NCBI GenBank assembly: GCA_023261815.1
Contig: JALNKA010000001.1
Span: forward strand, 128,001 to 192,000
Length of the DNA: 64,000 bases
Reading direction: 5' to 3'
Source: Candidatus Wolframiiraptor sinensis
Lineage (GTDB): Archaea; Thermoproteota; Nitrososphaeria_A; Caldarchaeales; Wolframiiraptoraceae
A model generated the notes under the pieces. That model saw only the letters and a program-made list of their open reading frames with translations. It was not told the origin of the DNA and ran no database searches. The translations under genes and the position numbers were made by a program. Positions 1 through 10,248 of this stretch are shown here, in pieces; position 1 is the stretch's first letter, and each line of letters begins with the position of its first letter.

Positions 1-1
1 A

Positions 2-820
2 TCAATAGGCGGGTTCACGAGAATGCCTGGAGAAGCGAGGCTCGAGGATGCAAAGAGCATCTTGAAGGAGATCAAAAGCAGGATAAGCGAGATCGTAGAG
101 CTATTCCTCGAGACGGAGTTCCCCGAGTTTGAGGTATTAATGGAGGCCTGTGCATCCCTCAAGGACGGCTACCTCTACATCGGCGATGAGATCATCACCT
201 CAGATGAGCGCGAGGTTAGAGCCGAGGACTATAAGAGAATATTCATAGAGGATGTACAGCCTTACACAACTTCAAAGAGCGTAACGCTCGAGGGAATGCC
301 AGTATACGTTGGGCCTAGGGCCAAGGTAAACTTGAAAGCGGACCTGCTTTCAGATCAGGCTAAGTCTTATCTCAAAATGAGGAGCTTCCCCCTGAGAAGC
401 CCGTTCGATAATCTCCGGGCGCAAGCCATCGAGCTAATTCACTGCATAGATGCCATGCAGATGTTGATCGAGGATGTGGCGAGCATTTCCAGCATAGGAT
501 CCGAGCAGAGAGAATCTAGGATCATGGCCAGAGAGGGGGCTGGAGTTGGCGTGTCCGAAGCTCCACGCGGCCTACTAATACACCATTACGAGTTTAATCG
601 ATGGGGGAATGTCATCTACGCAAATGTGATAACGCCGACGACGATAAACTCCAGGCACGTGGAGGTCGCCGCCCTAGAATTAATCAGGCACTACTTCTAC
701 GAGGACATGCCGGTCAAAGAGATAGAGCGCTATCTAAGAAAGCTCGTGCAAGCGTTTGACCCGTGCCTAGGCTGCGCAACCCACTCCGTCAAGATAAACA
801 TCAGGGGGCTCAAGCCATGA
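2..820 (+). CDS. Group 3 (3b-like) [NiFe]-hydrogenase large subunit, 5'-truncated by window edge
   Basis: Frame is open from the window start (SIGGFTRM...). Contains EAPRGLLIHHY, the L2 motif DPCLGCATH and a short cleavable tail. Confidence 0.9.
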   Translation, partial: SIGGFTRMPGEARLEDAKSILKEIKSRISEIVELFLETEFPEFEVLMEACASLKDGYLYIGDEIITSDEREVRAEDYKRIFIEDVQPYTTSKSVTLEGMPVYVGPRAKVNLKADLLSDQAKSYLKMRSFPLRSPFDNLRAQAIELIHCIDAMQMLIEDVASISSIGSEQRESRIMAREGAGVGVSEAPRGLLIHHYEFNRWGNVIYANVITPTTINSRHVEVAALELIRHYFYEDMPVKEIERYLRKLVQAFDPCLGCATHSVKINIRGLKP

Positions 821-2205
821 GAATCGGGATTTACTCGTTCGGCGGATGTGAGGGCTGCAGATACTGGCTAATAGACTCCCTTCTGAGGATATGCGGGGAG
901 CTGGGCGCCGAGATAGCCTACGAGCCGCTCATAGGCCTCTCCAAGGAAAGCCCGGAATACGATGCGGTGGTAATCGAAGGGGCTGTTTGCACGGAGGAGG
1001 ATCTCGAGAAGATTCGAGGTCTGAGATCGCGGGCGAAATACGTCATAGCCCTGGGGTCATGCGCCCTTCTAGGCGGGGTGCCGGGCAATAAGAGGTTCGC
1101 GGACCAGCATGCTGTTGAAAGAGTTTACCTCGGCAAACCTCTGCCGAAAAAGCCCCTCGACGTGAAGCCCGCAATCGCTCATGTGCGAGTGGACTACTGG
1201 ATTAGAGGCTGCCCCCCGAACCGGGAAAACTTTGAGAAAGTCTTTCGAGCGATAATCTCCGGTATAGCCTCCGGAGAGCCGTTCAAGCTCCATGAGAGGC
1301 GCATAGAGTTCTGCAGGGATGAGTTCGCCAAGATCGAGGGAAGCGTGCTCAGGCTCGATGGAGACAAGTGCATAGTCTGCGGGAGATGCGTGGGCGTATG
1401 CGAGAAAATGGGAGTCTACGCGATAGACTTCGCCTACAGGAGCGTGAGCACGATGGTGACAACGCCCTTCGAGCTGCCATTCGATGAGAGCGCGTGCGTG
1501 CTATGCGGCCAGTGCGCGCTGGTCTGCCCGGTCGGCGCCATGCGCGAGAGAAGCGACTTGGAGAAGGTTCAGAGAATGCTGGCCAAGCCCACGGCGTTGA
1601 AGGCGTACATCGAGCCGGAGAGCCTGGCGGCCATGTCCAGCTACTTCAACCGCGAGGTTGAGGTAATAGTCGGAGCATTACTCGCGAGGGGCTTCGAGAG
1701 CGTCGCGATGTACGTGCCGGAGCCCCGCGCCGATGCCGATAAGCCGCTGATCCCCATGAGCGAAGCTGAGCGGAGGTTCGTCAACCTGCTTCATCCCGGG
1801 TTGGCTGAGAAGCTCTCGGATCCCCCAGCTCTGCCAATCGGCTCATCAGTCCTGATAACACCATGTCTGGCCAAGAAGGCGCAGGCACGCGAGGGGGTGG
1901 TCTTAACGACGCGGGAGGCGATCAAGCTCATCTCCAGCGTGGACTTGGATGAGGTTGATGAGGTCTCGCCGATAACGCCCGCCAAGATGGGCGGAGCCTA
2001 CGGGGAAGTTCATGGACCGGATGCCGTGATCAGGTTCTTGGATGAATGCGCCGAGGGGCTGAGCGTCAGGGAGCCGACAGTGCTGAAAATATGTCCCGGC
2101 GGATGCATCAGAGGTGGTGGGCAGCCATATTACAGCGAGGACCTGTATCGGAGGATGAGCAAGGCGGCGGCGAAGATATCCTCCGCGCTCATGGCCGTCG
2201 GCTAA
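817..2205 (+). CDS. [NiFe]-hydrogenase small subunit fused to 2x[4Fe-4S] ferredoxin and a degenerate [FeFe]-hydrogenase (HydA-like) H-domain
   Basis: ATGA overlap with the large-subunit stop. N-terminus GCEGC/GSCA/GCPP; middle CIVCGRCVGVC and CVLCGQCALVCP; C-terminus ITPCLAKK, VLTTRE, CPGGCIRGGGQP. Confidence 0.88.
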   Translation: MRIGIYSFGGCEGCRYWLIDSLLRICGELGAEIAYEPLIGLSKESPEYDAVVIEGAVCTEEDLEKIRGLRSRAKYVIALGSCALLGGVPGNKRFADQHAVERVYLGKPLPKKPLDVKPAIAHVRVDYWIRGCPPNRENFEKVFRAIISGIASGEPFKLHERRIEFCRDEFAKIEGSVLRLDGDKCIVCGRCVGVCEKMGVYAIDFAYRSVSTMVTTPFELPFDESACVLCGQCALVCPVGAMRERSDLEKVQRMLAKPTALKAYIEPESLAAMSSYFNREVEVIVGALLARGFESVAMYVPEPRADADKPLIPMSEAERRFVNLLHPGLAEKLSDPPALPIGSSVLITPCLAKKAQAREGVVLTTREAIKLISSVDLDEVDEVSPITPAKMGGAYGEVHGPDAVIRFLDECAEGLSVREPTVLKICPGGCIRGGGQPYYSEDLYRRMSKAAAKISSALMAVG

Positions 2206-2696
2206 GAGGGCCGCGAAAAGTTCGATGGATTGCGCTTGAGGAATCGGGATACTTCCTCCAAAATTTTTGGGATTGCTTTCTCCACCTCAACGCTCAATTT
2301 TATTCCCGGGCTTATGTCCTTGACCCCCACGCCGATCAAGAAGATCCTTCGGGGCATTTTCTCCCCGAATAGCTCATAGCCCAGCTTTATGGCCGAGACC
2401 ACATCGATGTCATGCAGCGATTGGATCTCATCCATGGATCCTTGAGTGAGTTCCCCTAGATCGATCACGACAACCTCTCCGGGGGCTAGTCCCGATTTTA
2501 TGGAATCTATTATCACCACTTCATCGAACTCCATGATCTCATCGAGTAGCGCGAAGACGTTTGAGCCGCTCTCGAAGATTCTCACCTCGGCGGGCATCTC
2601 GCGCTCGAGCAGGATCTCGCCCACGATTAAGCCGACAGCATCATCGCCCATCAGCCTGCTGCCAACGCATAGGATTAAAGTCCTTTGAGCCCCCAT
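2202..2696 (-). CDS. Hydrogenase maturation endopeptidase (HybD/HydD-like)
   Basis: GSRLMGDDAVG, IIDS and SLHD motifs; convergent with the group 3 operon. Confidence 0.9.
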   Translation of the reverse strand: MGAQRTLILCVGSRLMGDDAVGLIVGEILLEREMPAEVRIFESGSNVFALLDEIMEFDEVVIIDSIKSGLAPGEVVVIDLGELTQGSMDEIQSLHDIDVVSAIKLGYELFGEKMPRRIFLIGVGVKDISPGIKLSVEVEKAIPKILEEVSRFLKRNPSNFSRPS

Positions 2697-2755
2697 TCTG
2701 AGCAGCTAAATCCAATCGAGCGATATAGCTGTTTAGCGAGCGATCTCTGCAGAGG

Positions 2756-3820
2756 CTAGCAGATTCTCGGAATCGGGTCTCCAATGGGCATCGGCAGATA
2801 CCTTAATCCGCCTATCTCGGTCTCGACCACGACGCCCTCATGCTCGCCCGAGAACCACCCTATGATCTCGGCCTCGCGGCCCATCGGGTGGGATCGAAGA
2901 GCTTCCAGAACATCTTCCGCGAACTTCTCGGAGACCGCTAAGACCACTCTTCCCTCGCATGCCAGTTCAAGGGGGTCTATGCCGAGTATCTCGCAGCCGG
3001 TTCTCACCTCATCGCGGATCGGTATGAGTGCCTCTTTAACCAAGATGCCGAAGCCCGTGGCCTCGCTCCACTCGTTTAGAAGCGCCGCCAACCCTCCTCT
3101 CGTTGGATCCTTCGCCGCTAGGACTCCTCCAGCCTCGAGAGCCCTCTCCATTAGGTGGTTTAATGGCGCGGTGTCGGATCTTAGGCCCGGCGCCTCGAAG
3201 CCAAGCTCACCCCTCGCGGCTATTATCGTCATTGCGTGATCTCCGATGGGCCCTGAAACTATCAGCCTATCTCCCGGTTTTATATTTCGTGGATCAAGCC
3301 ACCTCGATCTCAGGGACCTGCCATCAGATGCCGCCTTCTCCAAGTTCTTGTCCAGATGCGGGCTTCTCCTCCCGATGCCGGCCGTATTGATTATCATCTC
3401 ATCGAGCTTTCCCCTCTCGACGACCTTCGTGTCTCCTGTCACGATCTCGACTCCCGCCTCCTCGGCAGCCTCCTCCATGCTCGATAATATTCTATCGAGC
3501 TTCTCGATCTCGAATCCTTCCTCGATCACGAGGGCGCATGAGATCGCCAGCGGCTCGCTCCCGATCACGGAGAGGTCGTTCACGGTCCCTGAGATGCTCA
3601 GCCTCCCGATATCCCCTCCGGGGAAGAAGAGGGGCTTAACCGTGTATGAGTCTGTCGTGAAGGCTATTCCGTTGACCACGGCTGAGTCCGTGAGAAGCGT
3701 AAGAGGGATTTCAACGCTTCTCCTCTGCTTGAACCTCGGTAGAATGTGCTCCTTGATGAGCTTGTGCATGTATAGGCCGCCAGCACCATGCGCTATGCTT
3801 ATCTTCTCATCCGCCTTCAC
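2756..3820 (-). CDS. hypE: Hydrogenase maturation protein HypE
   Basis: AHGAGG, TTDSYTVKPLFFPGGDIG, DPTRGG and C-terminal PRIC. Confidence 0.97.
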   Translation of the reverse strand: MKADEKISIAHGAGGLYMHKLIKEHILPRFKQRRSVEIPLTLLTDSAVVNGIAFTTDSYTVKPLFFPGGDIGRLSISGTVNDLSVIGSEPLAISCALVIEEGFEIEKLDRILSSMEEAAEEAGVEIVTGDTKVVERGKLDEMIINTAGIGRRSPHLDKNLEKAASDGRSLRSRWLDPRNIKPGDRLIVSGPIGDHAMTIIAARGELGFEAPGLRSDTAPLNHLMERALEAGGVLAAKDPTRGGLAALLNEWSEATGFGILVKEALIPIRDEVRTGCEILGIDPLELACEGRVVLAVSEKFAEDVLEALRSHPMGREAEIIGWFSGEHEGVVVETEIGGLRYLPMPIGDPIPRIC

Positions 3821-3842
3821 CAGCGAAGCCCACCCCCAAACC

Positions 3843-5021
3843 TCATAACCTCCTTACATATTTTGTTCCATGATTTATCCTGCATGCTTCACTCATACAC
3901 CTGAAATCCTTGACGAGAATCCTGTTCTGCGCCCAGATCCTGCATGTTCCCTCAAGCCCCACCATCGGTGGGCCGATCGGGGTTGATGGCGTGCACGCCT
4001 TCATGTATAACGGGCAGTCCGGTGGATTTATTATCCCCTTTATTATCTCGGCGCATCTGGCCTCTTGCGGGAAGTAGTCTCCCCCACCGCGCTCTAGCCC
4101 GTAAACCCGCCTCGCGTCGTCCTGGGAGAACTTCTCCTTGAGATTCATCGCGCTCGCGGGTATGATCGCGACCCCCCTCCAGTAGCCATCCTCGAAATCG
4201 AAGACCTCTTGTAGCGCTTTCTGCGCCTTCAGGTTTCCTTCCCACGTCACGGATCTCACGTACTCGTTTTCCATTCTCGGAACATTCTCCCTCAACTGCT
4301 TGAGGATCATGTATATGGCTACAAGGACATCTATGGGCTCGAATCCCGCGAAGACCATGGGCTTCCCGCACTTATCGAAGTACGGCTTATACGCCCTCAT
4401 GCCGCTCACGGTCGAGGCATGGCCTGGGTTTATGAAAGCATCTATCTCGAGATCCTCAGATTCGGCTAGAAACCCCACCGCCGGCGGAACATACCTATGA
4501 GCCGAGAGAACCTTAAGATTTCTCGGAAGGCCTTTCAGAATATAGTACGCTACTGTGGGCGCAGTCGTCTCGAATCCAGCTCCCAAGAAGACGTACTCGC
4601 TATCAGGATTGCTGCTGGCGATCCTAACGGCGTCCATGAAGCTGTACACGACCCCGACCTTCCCTCCATCGGCCGCGCAGTCCTCGAGCGAGATCATCCT
4701 CGAGCCCTTTGCCCTCGACACGTCGCCGTATGTGAGGACGTTGATTCCATCTAGTGCGAGCTTCACCGCCACGTCTATATCAGATGCGGGGGTTATGCAG
4801 ACGGGGCACCCGGGTCCACCCCTAACCTCGATATTATCCGGGAGGAGAGCCCTAATACCCCAGTGAGTTATAGTCCATTCATGAGTTCCGCACACGTGCA
4901 TTATCCTTATCTTTGGAAGATCCCTCGCGAGATCCCAAATCCTCGCGACTAACTTTCTAGCTAGAGCCGGGTCCCTATATCTCGAGAGAACGGCTTTCAT
5001 GGGATCGGCGGAATCCACCAT
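3843..5021 (-). CDS. hypD: Hydrogenase maturation protein HypD
   Basis: CGTHE, GPGCPVC, GFETT and PGH motifs plus C-terminal Fe-S cysteines. Confidence 0.97.
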   Translation of the reverse strand: MVDSADPMKAVLSRYRDPALARKLVARIWDLARDLPKIRIMHVCGTHEWTITHWGIRALLPDNIEVRGGPGCPVCITPASDIDVAVKLALDGINVLTYGDVSRAKGSRMISLEDCAADGGKVGVVYSFMDAVRIASSNPDSEYVFLGAGFETTAPTVAYYILKGLPRNLKVLSAHRYVPPAVGFLAESEDLEIDAFINPGHASTVSGMRAYKPYFDKCGKPMVFAGFEPIDVLVAIYMILKQLRENVPRMENEYVRSVTWEGNLKAQKALQEVFDFEDGYWRGVAIIPASAMNLKEKFSQDDARRVYGLERGGGDYFPQEARCAEIIKGIINPPDCPLYMKACTPSTPIGPPMVGLEGTCRIWAQNRILVKDFRCMSEACRINHGTKYVRRL

Positions 5022-5106
5022 TCCTAATCACGCAGTCATACTAACTTGGGCGCAGCGATAATAAAGGTTTAACCCTCAGCTTTCTCATGATTTAGCGGGC
5101 TCCTAG

Positions 5107-5598
5107 ATGAGCTGGAGGGAGAGGCTCGAGCAGATCCTCAACAGCGTATCGGTGAGCGGCGGAGACCTGGTTATCGTCGGGATAGGAAACACGCTTCGCG
5201 GAGATGATGGAGTTGGAGTCGAGCTCGCAAGAATCCTGAAAGAGTCCATGAAGAGCGAGCGCGCAAAAGTATTCATCGTGGAGGATAAAGTTGACCTAAT
5301 TCCGAAAATGCTGAGGGATGTGAATCCCGGGATCATTCTGCTCTTGGATGCGGCGGACTTCGGAGGCAGGCCAGGAGAGATCAGAATCATGAAGCTTGAG
5401 GAAGCCTCGAGAAAAGCCATCTCGACGCATGAACTGCCCCTAGACCTTATCATGAAAGCAGCCGGAATAAGCGCACCGGCATACGTCCTAGGAATACAAG
5501 TTGAAAACCTAGAATTTGGAAAGGAAGTGAGCCCCCAAGTTAAGGCAGCGGCGAATGAGGTTGCGAGCCTCCTATTAAAGCTCGTGGTGAGCTTGTGA
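5107..5598 (+). CDS. hycI: Hydrogenase maturation endopeptidase, HycI-type
   Basis: GIGNTLRGDDGVG, LDAADFG and STHELP; heads the group 4 hydrogenase cluster. Confidence 0.88.
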   Translation: MSWRERLEQILNSVSVSGGDLVIVGIGNTLRGDDGVGVELARILKESMKSERAKVFIVEDKVDLIPKMLRDVNPGIILLLDAADFGGRPGEIRIMKLEEASRKAISTHELPLDLIMKAAGISAPAYVLGIQVENLEFGKEVSPQVKAAANEVASLLLKLVVSL

Positions 5599-5675
5599 TA
5601 TTACTGCGTTATAAACTCCGCATGCGCCGAGACTAAACTTAAATTTGGGTTACCGGACTGTAGTGTTGACCTTTC

Positions 5676-6005
5676 ATGGAGGAGCTCATCATCGCGCTTA
5701 CCGTAACATTTCTTGTGATCCTCCTCATTTATCTCTTAGGCGGCAGGTTATCCGTTAAGGCTCCTAAAAGCAGGATGAAGCTCGAGCCCTATGCTTGCGG
5801 GGAGAGCCTTCCCCCGGCTAGAAGTCCGATAAGGCTACTCTTTTTCAACTTTGCCGCGCTATTCCTAGTATTCGATGTCATCGCCCTCTTCCTGGCATTC
5901 ACGATAAATATTCCGCCAGCATATAAGCCCGGAGTAATCAGCCTTCTCATGCTTTACATGCTCGTGCTCGGGATCGCGATCCAGCTCCTGGGAAGAAGGA
6001 GGTGA
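5676..6005 (+). CDS. NuoA-like membrane subunit
   Basis: Three TM segments, PYACGE loop, FLVFDV. Confidence 0.88.
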   Translation: MEELIIALTVTFLVILLIYLLGGRLSVKAPKSRMKLEPYACGESLPPARSPIRLLFFNFAALFLVFDVIALFLAFTINIPPAYKPGVISLLMLYMLVLGIAIQLLGRRR

Positions 6006-6012
6006 ATGCCAT

Positions 6013-6453
6013 TTGGGCCTTGTCGAGAAGCTCGTGAGAAAATGTAGGGCGAGAAGCCCTTGGATACTCCTATTCGATACCGGAGCATGCAATGCATGCG
6101 ATATAGAGATCGCCGCTTGCCTCACACCGCGCTATGATGTCGAGAGATTCGGGGTTCTCGCGAAAGGCAGCCCTAGGCACGCGGACATACTCGTCATTAC
6201 CGGGCCCGTTACCAGGCAGGTCAGGGATAGGCTCATTAGGATCTATGAGCAAATGCCGGAGCCGAAGTACGTGGTCGCCGCAGGCACCTGCGCTACAAGC
6301 GGCGGGGTATACTGGGGGTGCTACAATACGTATCCGAGCCTTGACTCCGTCATTCCGGTTCATGCGTATGTCTCGGGTTGCCCAGTGAAGCCTGAGGCGA
6401 TTCTGAGGGCGATCAGCGTGCTCGTCGAGAAGATCGAGAAGGGGGAGGCTTAA
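6013..6453 (+). CDS. Group 4 hydrogenase small subunit (NuoB-like)
   Basis: GACNACDIE (hydrogenase-type CxxC), SPRHAD, GTCA, GCP; TTG start. Confidence 0.93.
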   Translation: MGLVEKLVRKCRARSPWILLFDTGACNACDIEIAACLTPRYDVERFGVLAKGSPRHADILVITGPVTRQVRDRLIRIYEQMPEPKYVVAAGTCATSGGVYWGCYNTYPSLDSVIPVHAYVSGCPVKPEAILRAISVLVEKIEKGEA

Positions 6454-6454
6454 G

Positions 6455-6925
6455 TTGAGCGAGGAGGGTCTTCTCAGAAAGATTACTGAGAGATTTGGAG
6501 ATAAGATAATTGAAGCTAAGGTTCTCGGGAAGAGAAGGGTCTCCATCCTAGTTTCTCCTGATGCTTACAAGGATGTCGTGAGATATGCCGCCCAAGATCT
6601 CGGCTTGGAGTTTCTCAGCTGCCTGAGTGGGGTTGATCGGGGAGATAGCCTTGAGGTCGTGGTGCACTTGGGATACTCGATGCACGTGCTCATCAAAACC
6701 CGCGTCTCTAAGGATGATCCAGCCGTGGACTCGATAACCGATATTCTCCCAGCCGCGAGCCTCTACGAACGGGAAATACATGATCTGCTGGGCATCGCAT
6801 TCAAGGGCCACCCGAATCTCAAGAGGATCTTCTTGCCCGAGGATTGGCCCGAAGGAGTTTACCCGCTTAGGAAGGATTACTCTCCAGAGCATCCAAAGCC
6901 ATTGAGGGGTGGTGAGGCCGTGTGA
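6455..6925 (+). CDS. NuoC-like subunit
   Basis: EREIHDLLGIAFKGHP and YPLRKD. Confidence 0.93.
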   Translation: MSEEGLLRKITERFGDKIIEAKVLGKRRVSILVSPDAYKDVVRYAAQDLGLEFLSCLSGVDRGDSLEVVVHLGYSMHVLIKTRVSKDDPAVDSITDILPAASLYEREIHDLLGIAFKGHPNLKRIFLPEDWPEGVYPLRKDYSPEHPKPLRGGEAV

Positions 6926-8115
6926 ACTTCGAGGTTCCGATAGGCCCCCAGCACCCAATACACGTCGAGCCCCTGATGCTCAGGCTGAAGGTCGAGGGGG
7001 AGCTGATAGTAGACGCCGACGTAGATGTCAGCTATATTCATAGGGGCATCGAGAAGGCTCTCGAGCTCAGGCCATATATTCAGGGACTCTACCTCGTTGA
7101 AAGAATATGCGGCATATGCAATGCCGCTCAATCGCTCTGCTACTGCCTCAATGTCGAGCAGCTTCTCGGCAAGGAGGCTCCCCCTAGGGCGAGGTATCTC
7201 AGGATCGTGGTGGAGGAGCTTAGCAGGATTCACAGCCACCTCCTCTGGCTCGGCCACTACCTCCACACGCTGGGATTTGAGACCCTCTTCATGTACTTCT
7301 GGAGGGATAGGGAGAGGGTAATGGACATGCTGGAGCTCATCACGGGTAATAGAGTCACCACGGCCTATAACACGATAGGCGGAGTGAGGAGGGATCTGCC
7401 TCCGGGTGCGGAGCAGAAGCTCAGGAGAACATTGGATTACATCGAGGAGAGAGTGCGCTACTATGAGAAGGTGATAGACTCGGAGCCGACCATCCTCGCG
7501 AGAACTCAGCGGGTTGGGATCCTCAAGCCGGGAGATGCGGTGAGAATGGGCGTCACGGGCCCGCACCTAAGAGCCTCAGGAATAAAGCACGATGTCAGGC
7601 TCGATGACCCGTATAGCGGGCATGATGAAATCCCGTTCAACGTCATCACGTGGGACACGTGCGATTGCTACGCCAGAGTGAAGGTTAGGCTCAGGGAAAC
7701 CAGCGAATGCGTGAACATGATACGCTATGCTCTCGATCACATGCCATCCGGCGACTATAGGCTGAAGATCCCGCCGTTCTTCAAAGCCCCTCCCGGGGAG
7801 TCGTTATCGAGGGTTGAGGCGCCGAGGGGCGAGCTCGTCCATTACTCGATCTCGGATGGCGGTGATAGGCCATACAGGTATAGGGTTAGGACGCCGACGC
7901 TCGCGAACCTCCTATCCGTAGTAGAGATGCTCAGGAGCAGGGGCGACTACGAGGTCTACATAGCCGATGTCCCGGCGATCCTCGGCGGAATAGATCCATG
8001 CATATGCTGCAGCGCGAGGATCTTGATCACCGACGAGGCCAAGAAAAGGAGGATGATCACGACGCTCGACGACATCATAAGATTCTCGCGCGGAAGGAGG
8101 GTTGAGAGAAGATGA
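6922..8115 (+). CDS. Group 4 [NiFe]-hydrogenase large subunit (NuoD-like)
   Basis: GPQHP, L1 ERICGIC, L2 DPCICCSAR and a ~30-aa C-terminal extension. Confidence 0.93.
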   Translation: MNFEVPIGPQHPIHVEPLMLRLKVEGELIVDADVDVSYIHRGIEKALELRPYIQGLYLVERICGICNAAQSLCYCLNVEQLLGKEAPPRARYLRIVVEELSRIHSHLLWLGHYLHTLGFETLFMYFWRDRERVMDMLELITGNRVTTAYNTIGGVRRDLPPGAEQKLRRTLDYIEERVRYYEKVIDSEPTILARTQRVGILKPGDAVRMGVTGPHLRASGIKHDVRLDDPYSGHDEIPFNVITWDTCDCYARVKVRLRETSECVNMIRYALDHMPSGDYRLKIPPFFKAPPGESLSRVEAPRGELVHYSISDGGDRPYRYRVRTPTLANLLSVVEMLRSRGDYEVYIADVPAILGGIDPCICCSARILITDEAKKRRMITTLDDIIRFSRGRRVERR

Positions 8116-9077
8116 TCGAGAAGATCCTTGCCACGGTATTCTTCCCCGGAGCAATCTTCATACTGGCGGTCTCGCTCTTTTACGAGTGGGTTGATAGAAA
8201 GCTGTATGCGAGGTTCCAGAACAGGGTTGGCCCCCATCTGGCGGGCCCCTTTGGGCTCTTCCAGCCGATCGCGGACCTCATCAAGCTACTCTCGAAGGAA
8301 GATATCGTTCCAATGGCCACCGATAGGTTCCTCTTCACGCTGACGCCGATTCTAGCTCCAGCCCTGATCCTCTTCGCCTGCATGTTCCTGCCAGTGGCCG
8401 GGCCATCCGGCATAATCTCGTTTGAGGGAGACCTGATAGCAGTGATAGCACTTCTCTCGATCTATACGATAACGGTGTATCTCGCCGGCGAGGGCTCGAA
8501 TAACAGGTTCGCCTCTGTGGGCGCTGTCAGGGCCGCTGTCCAGCTGCTGGGCTACGAGATACCGCTGACGCTCAGCCTCCTGAGCGTGGCCTTAGCCGCG
8601 GGCTCGCTGAGTATTCGCGGAATAGTTGAGGCTCAGGCAGAGAGAGGTCTCTGGTTCATCGCCGGAATACAGGCAATAGGTTTCGCAATCTTCATCATTG
8701 CATCGCAGGCCGAGATGGAGAGGATACCATTCGATATACCGGAGGCCGAACAAGAGATAGTCGCCGGGTGGGAGGTCGAGTACTCCGGGAAAAGGCTTGC
8801 ATTATTCAGGCTCTCAAAGGATCTCGAGCTATTCCTCCTCTCGGGGCTCGGCGCCGCGGTATTCCTGGGAGGCCCAATAGGCCCGGTGATACCGGGGCTC
8901 GAGCCGATGCTCTACACAATCTACTTCATCCTGAAGTCCATAATAGTCCTCGCGATATTCACTTTGGTCAGGGCCCTTTTCGCGAGGCTCAGGATCGATC
9001 AAATGGTCTCCTTCTCATGGAGGTATCTCATGCCCCCGGCCATGATTCTCATAATCCTGACGGAGGTGATCATGTAG
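8112..9077 (+). CDS. NuoH-like membrane subunit
   Basis: [35 protein letters not shown]. Confidence 0.95.
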   Translation: MIEKILATVFFPGAIFILAVSLFYEWVDRKLYARFQNRVGPHLAGPFGLFQPIADLIKLLSKEDIVPMATDRFLFTLTPILAPALILFACMFLPVAGPSGIISFEGDLIAVIALLSIYTITVYLAGEGSNNRFASVGAVRAAVQLLGYEIPLTLSLLSVALAAGSLSIRGIVEAQAERGLWFIAGIQAIGFAIFIIASQAEMERIPFDIPEAEQEIVAGWEVEYSGKRLALFRLSKDLELFLLSGLGAAVFLGGPIGPVIPGLEPMLYTIYFILKSIIVLAIFTLVRALFARLRIDQMVSFSWRYLMPPAMILIILTEVIM

Positions 9078-9079
9078 GG

Positions 9080-9430
9080 ATGAAGGTTCCCGGGCGCCTA
9101 GTGGCGGAGGCCCTGAAAAGCTTGTTCAGGAGAAGGGCCACGATTCTCTACCCATACAGGGAGCTCGACAAAGTTCATCTACCCGAGGGATTCAGGGGAA
9201 GAATAGAGTTCGATCGCTCGAAGTGCATCGGGTGCCAGCTCTGCTTCAGGGTCTGTCCCGCGAAGGCCATCGAGATCGTAGATGATGAGAAGGGAAAGAG
9301 GCCGATCTTCTACATCTACAGGTGCATATACTGCGCTCAGTGCGCCGAGGTCTGCCCGACCAAGGCGATAAGCATGAGCAAGATCTTCGAGAACATCGCC
9401 CTAAGAAAGGAGGACATGGTGGTGAGATGA
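9080..9430 (+). CDS. NuoI-like 2x[4Fe-4S] subunit
   Basis: ATG at 9080; TILYP, GFRG and two CxxCxxCxxxCP motifs. Confidence 0.93.
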   Translation: MKVPGRLVAEALKSLFRRRATILYPYRELDKVHLPEGFRGRIEFDRSKCIGCQLCFRVCPAKAIEIVDDEKGKRPIFYIYRCIYCAQCAEVCPTKAISMSKIFENIALRKEDMVVR

Positions 9431-9672
9431 TGGAAGCAGTTCTCCACATAGCGATGATAGCGCTCACACTCGTCTTCGCGATAATGGCCGCCGAGCTGAA
9501 GGACATGATGAAAGCCGTGCTCGCGTTCATGTGCGCGAACATAACCATGGCCGCGATATTCTACCTCCTTGGAGCGCCATACCTCAGTGTTTTCCAGCTG
9601 CTAGTGTACGCGGGCGCGGTCACGATACTCCTTCTAGCAACGATACATGCTGGCGAGGAGAGGGGTGACTGA
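9427..9672 (+). CDS. NuoJ N-terminal-like membrane subunit
   Basis: ATGA overlap; [17 protein letters not shown] motif. Confidence 0.88.
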   Translation: MMEAVLHIAMIALTLVFAIMAAELKDMMKAVLAFMCANITMAAIFYLLGAPYLSVFQLLVYAGAVTILLLATIHAGEERGD

Positions 9673-9673
9673 G

Positions 9674-9931
9674 ATGGAGATTACGAGAATAGCCGCCGCG
9701 ATACTCGCGATACTCCTAGCAGCAACTTTACTGGCCTACTCGCCTAAAATAATCCAGAACATCCGGGCGCCGAGCCTCGAGCCCACGAGGATCGAGGAGA
9801 ACCCGCAGTTCCTCTGGGCTAATCGCTGGCTCGACCTCCTAGTCCAGGCATTCATGCTCTTTGCGGTCATCGCGGCGGTCTCCGCCCAGCTTAGGAGGGA
9901 TATGGGCTCCCGGAGGGCGGAAGGAGAATGA
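9674..9931 (+). CDS. Small membrane subunit (split NuoJ C-terminal/MrpB-like)
   Basis: Two TM segments, LWANRWLDLLVQ; lies between the J and K genes. Confidence 0.7.
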   Translation: MEITRIAAAILAILLAATLLAYSPKIIQNIRAPSLEPTRIEENPQFLWANRWLDLLVQAFMLFAVIAAVSAQLRRDMGSRRAEGE

Positions 9932-10248
9932 GCCTCCACGAGATCTATTTCGCGGGCTCCCTTCTCCTGATAGTCGCCGGTCTCTACGCGATCGCATCGA
10001 AGAGGCATCTGGTCAAGATCGTGATAGGTCTCGAGGTCGTGACTCTGGGAGTGAACTTGGCGATAGCATCCATGGGTGTGAGGATAGTGGATGGCGCCCT
10101 TGTGATGGATGCTCTGGCCCAGAGCATGATCGCGATCTCGATAGCGGTGGCCGCGGCGATAACCGCATTAGCCCTATCAATAGCCCTAAACATCTACAGG
10201 CATTATGGGACATTCGACATCAGGAAGCTTAGGAGGCTGAGATGGTGA
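9928..10248 (+). CDS. NuoK/MrpC-like subunit
   Basis: GLY, IGLE, three TM segments, ends LRRLRW. Confidence 0.9.
   Translation: MSLHEIYFAGSLLLIVAGLYAIASKRHLVKIVIGLEVVTLGVNLAIASMGVRIVDGALVMDALAQSMIAISIAVAAAITALALSIALNIYRHYGTFDIRKLRRLRW

Noticed and set aside
1560-2205. Canonical active [FeFe]-hydrogenase
   Set aside because: The L1 cysteines are absent, the domain is short and no maturases are seen; kept only as a degenerate domain.
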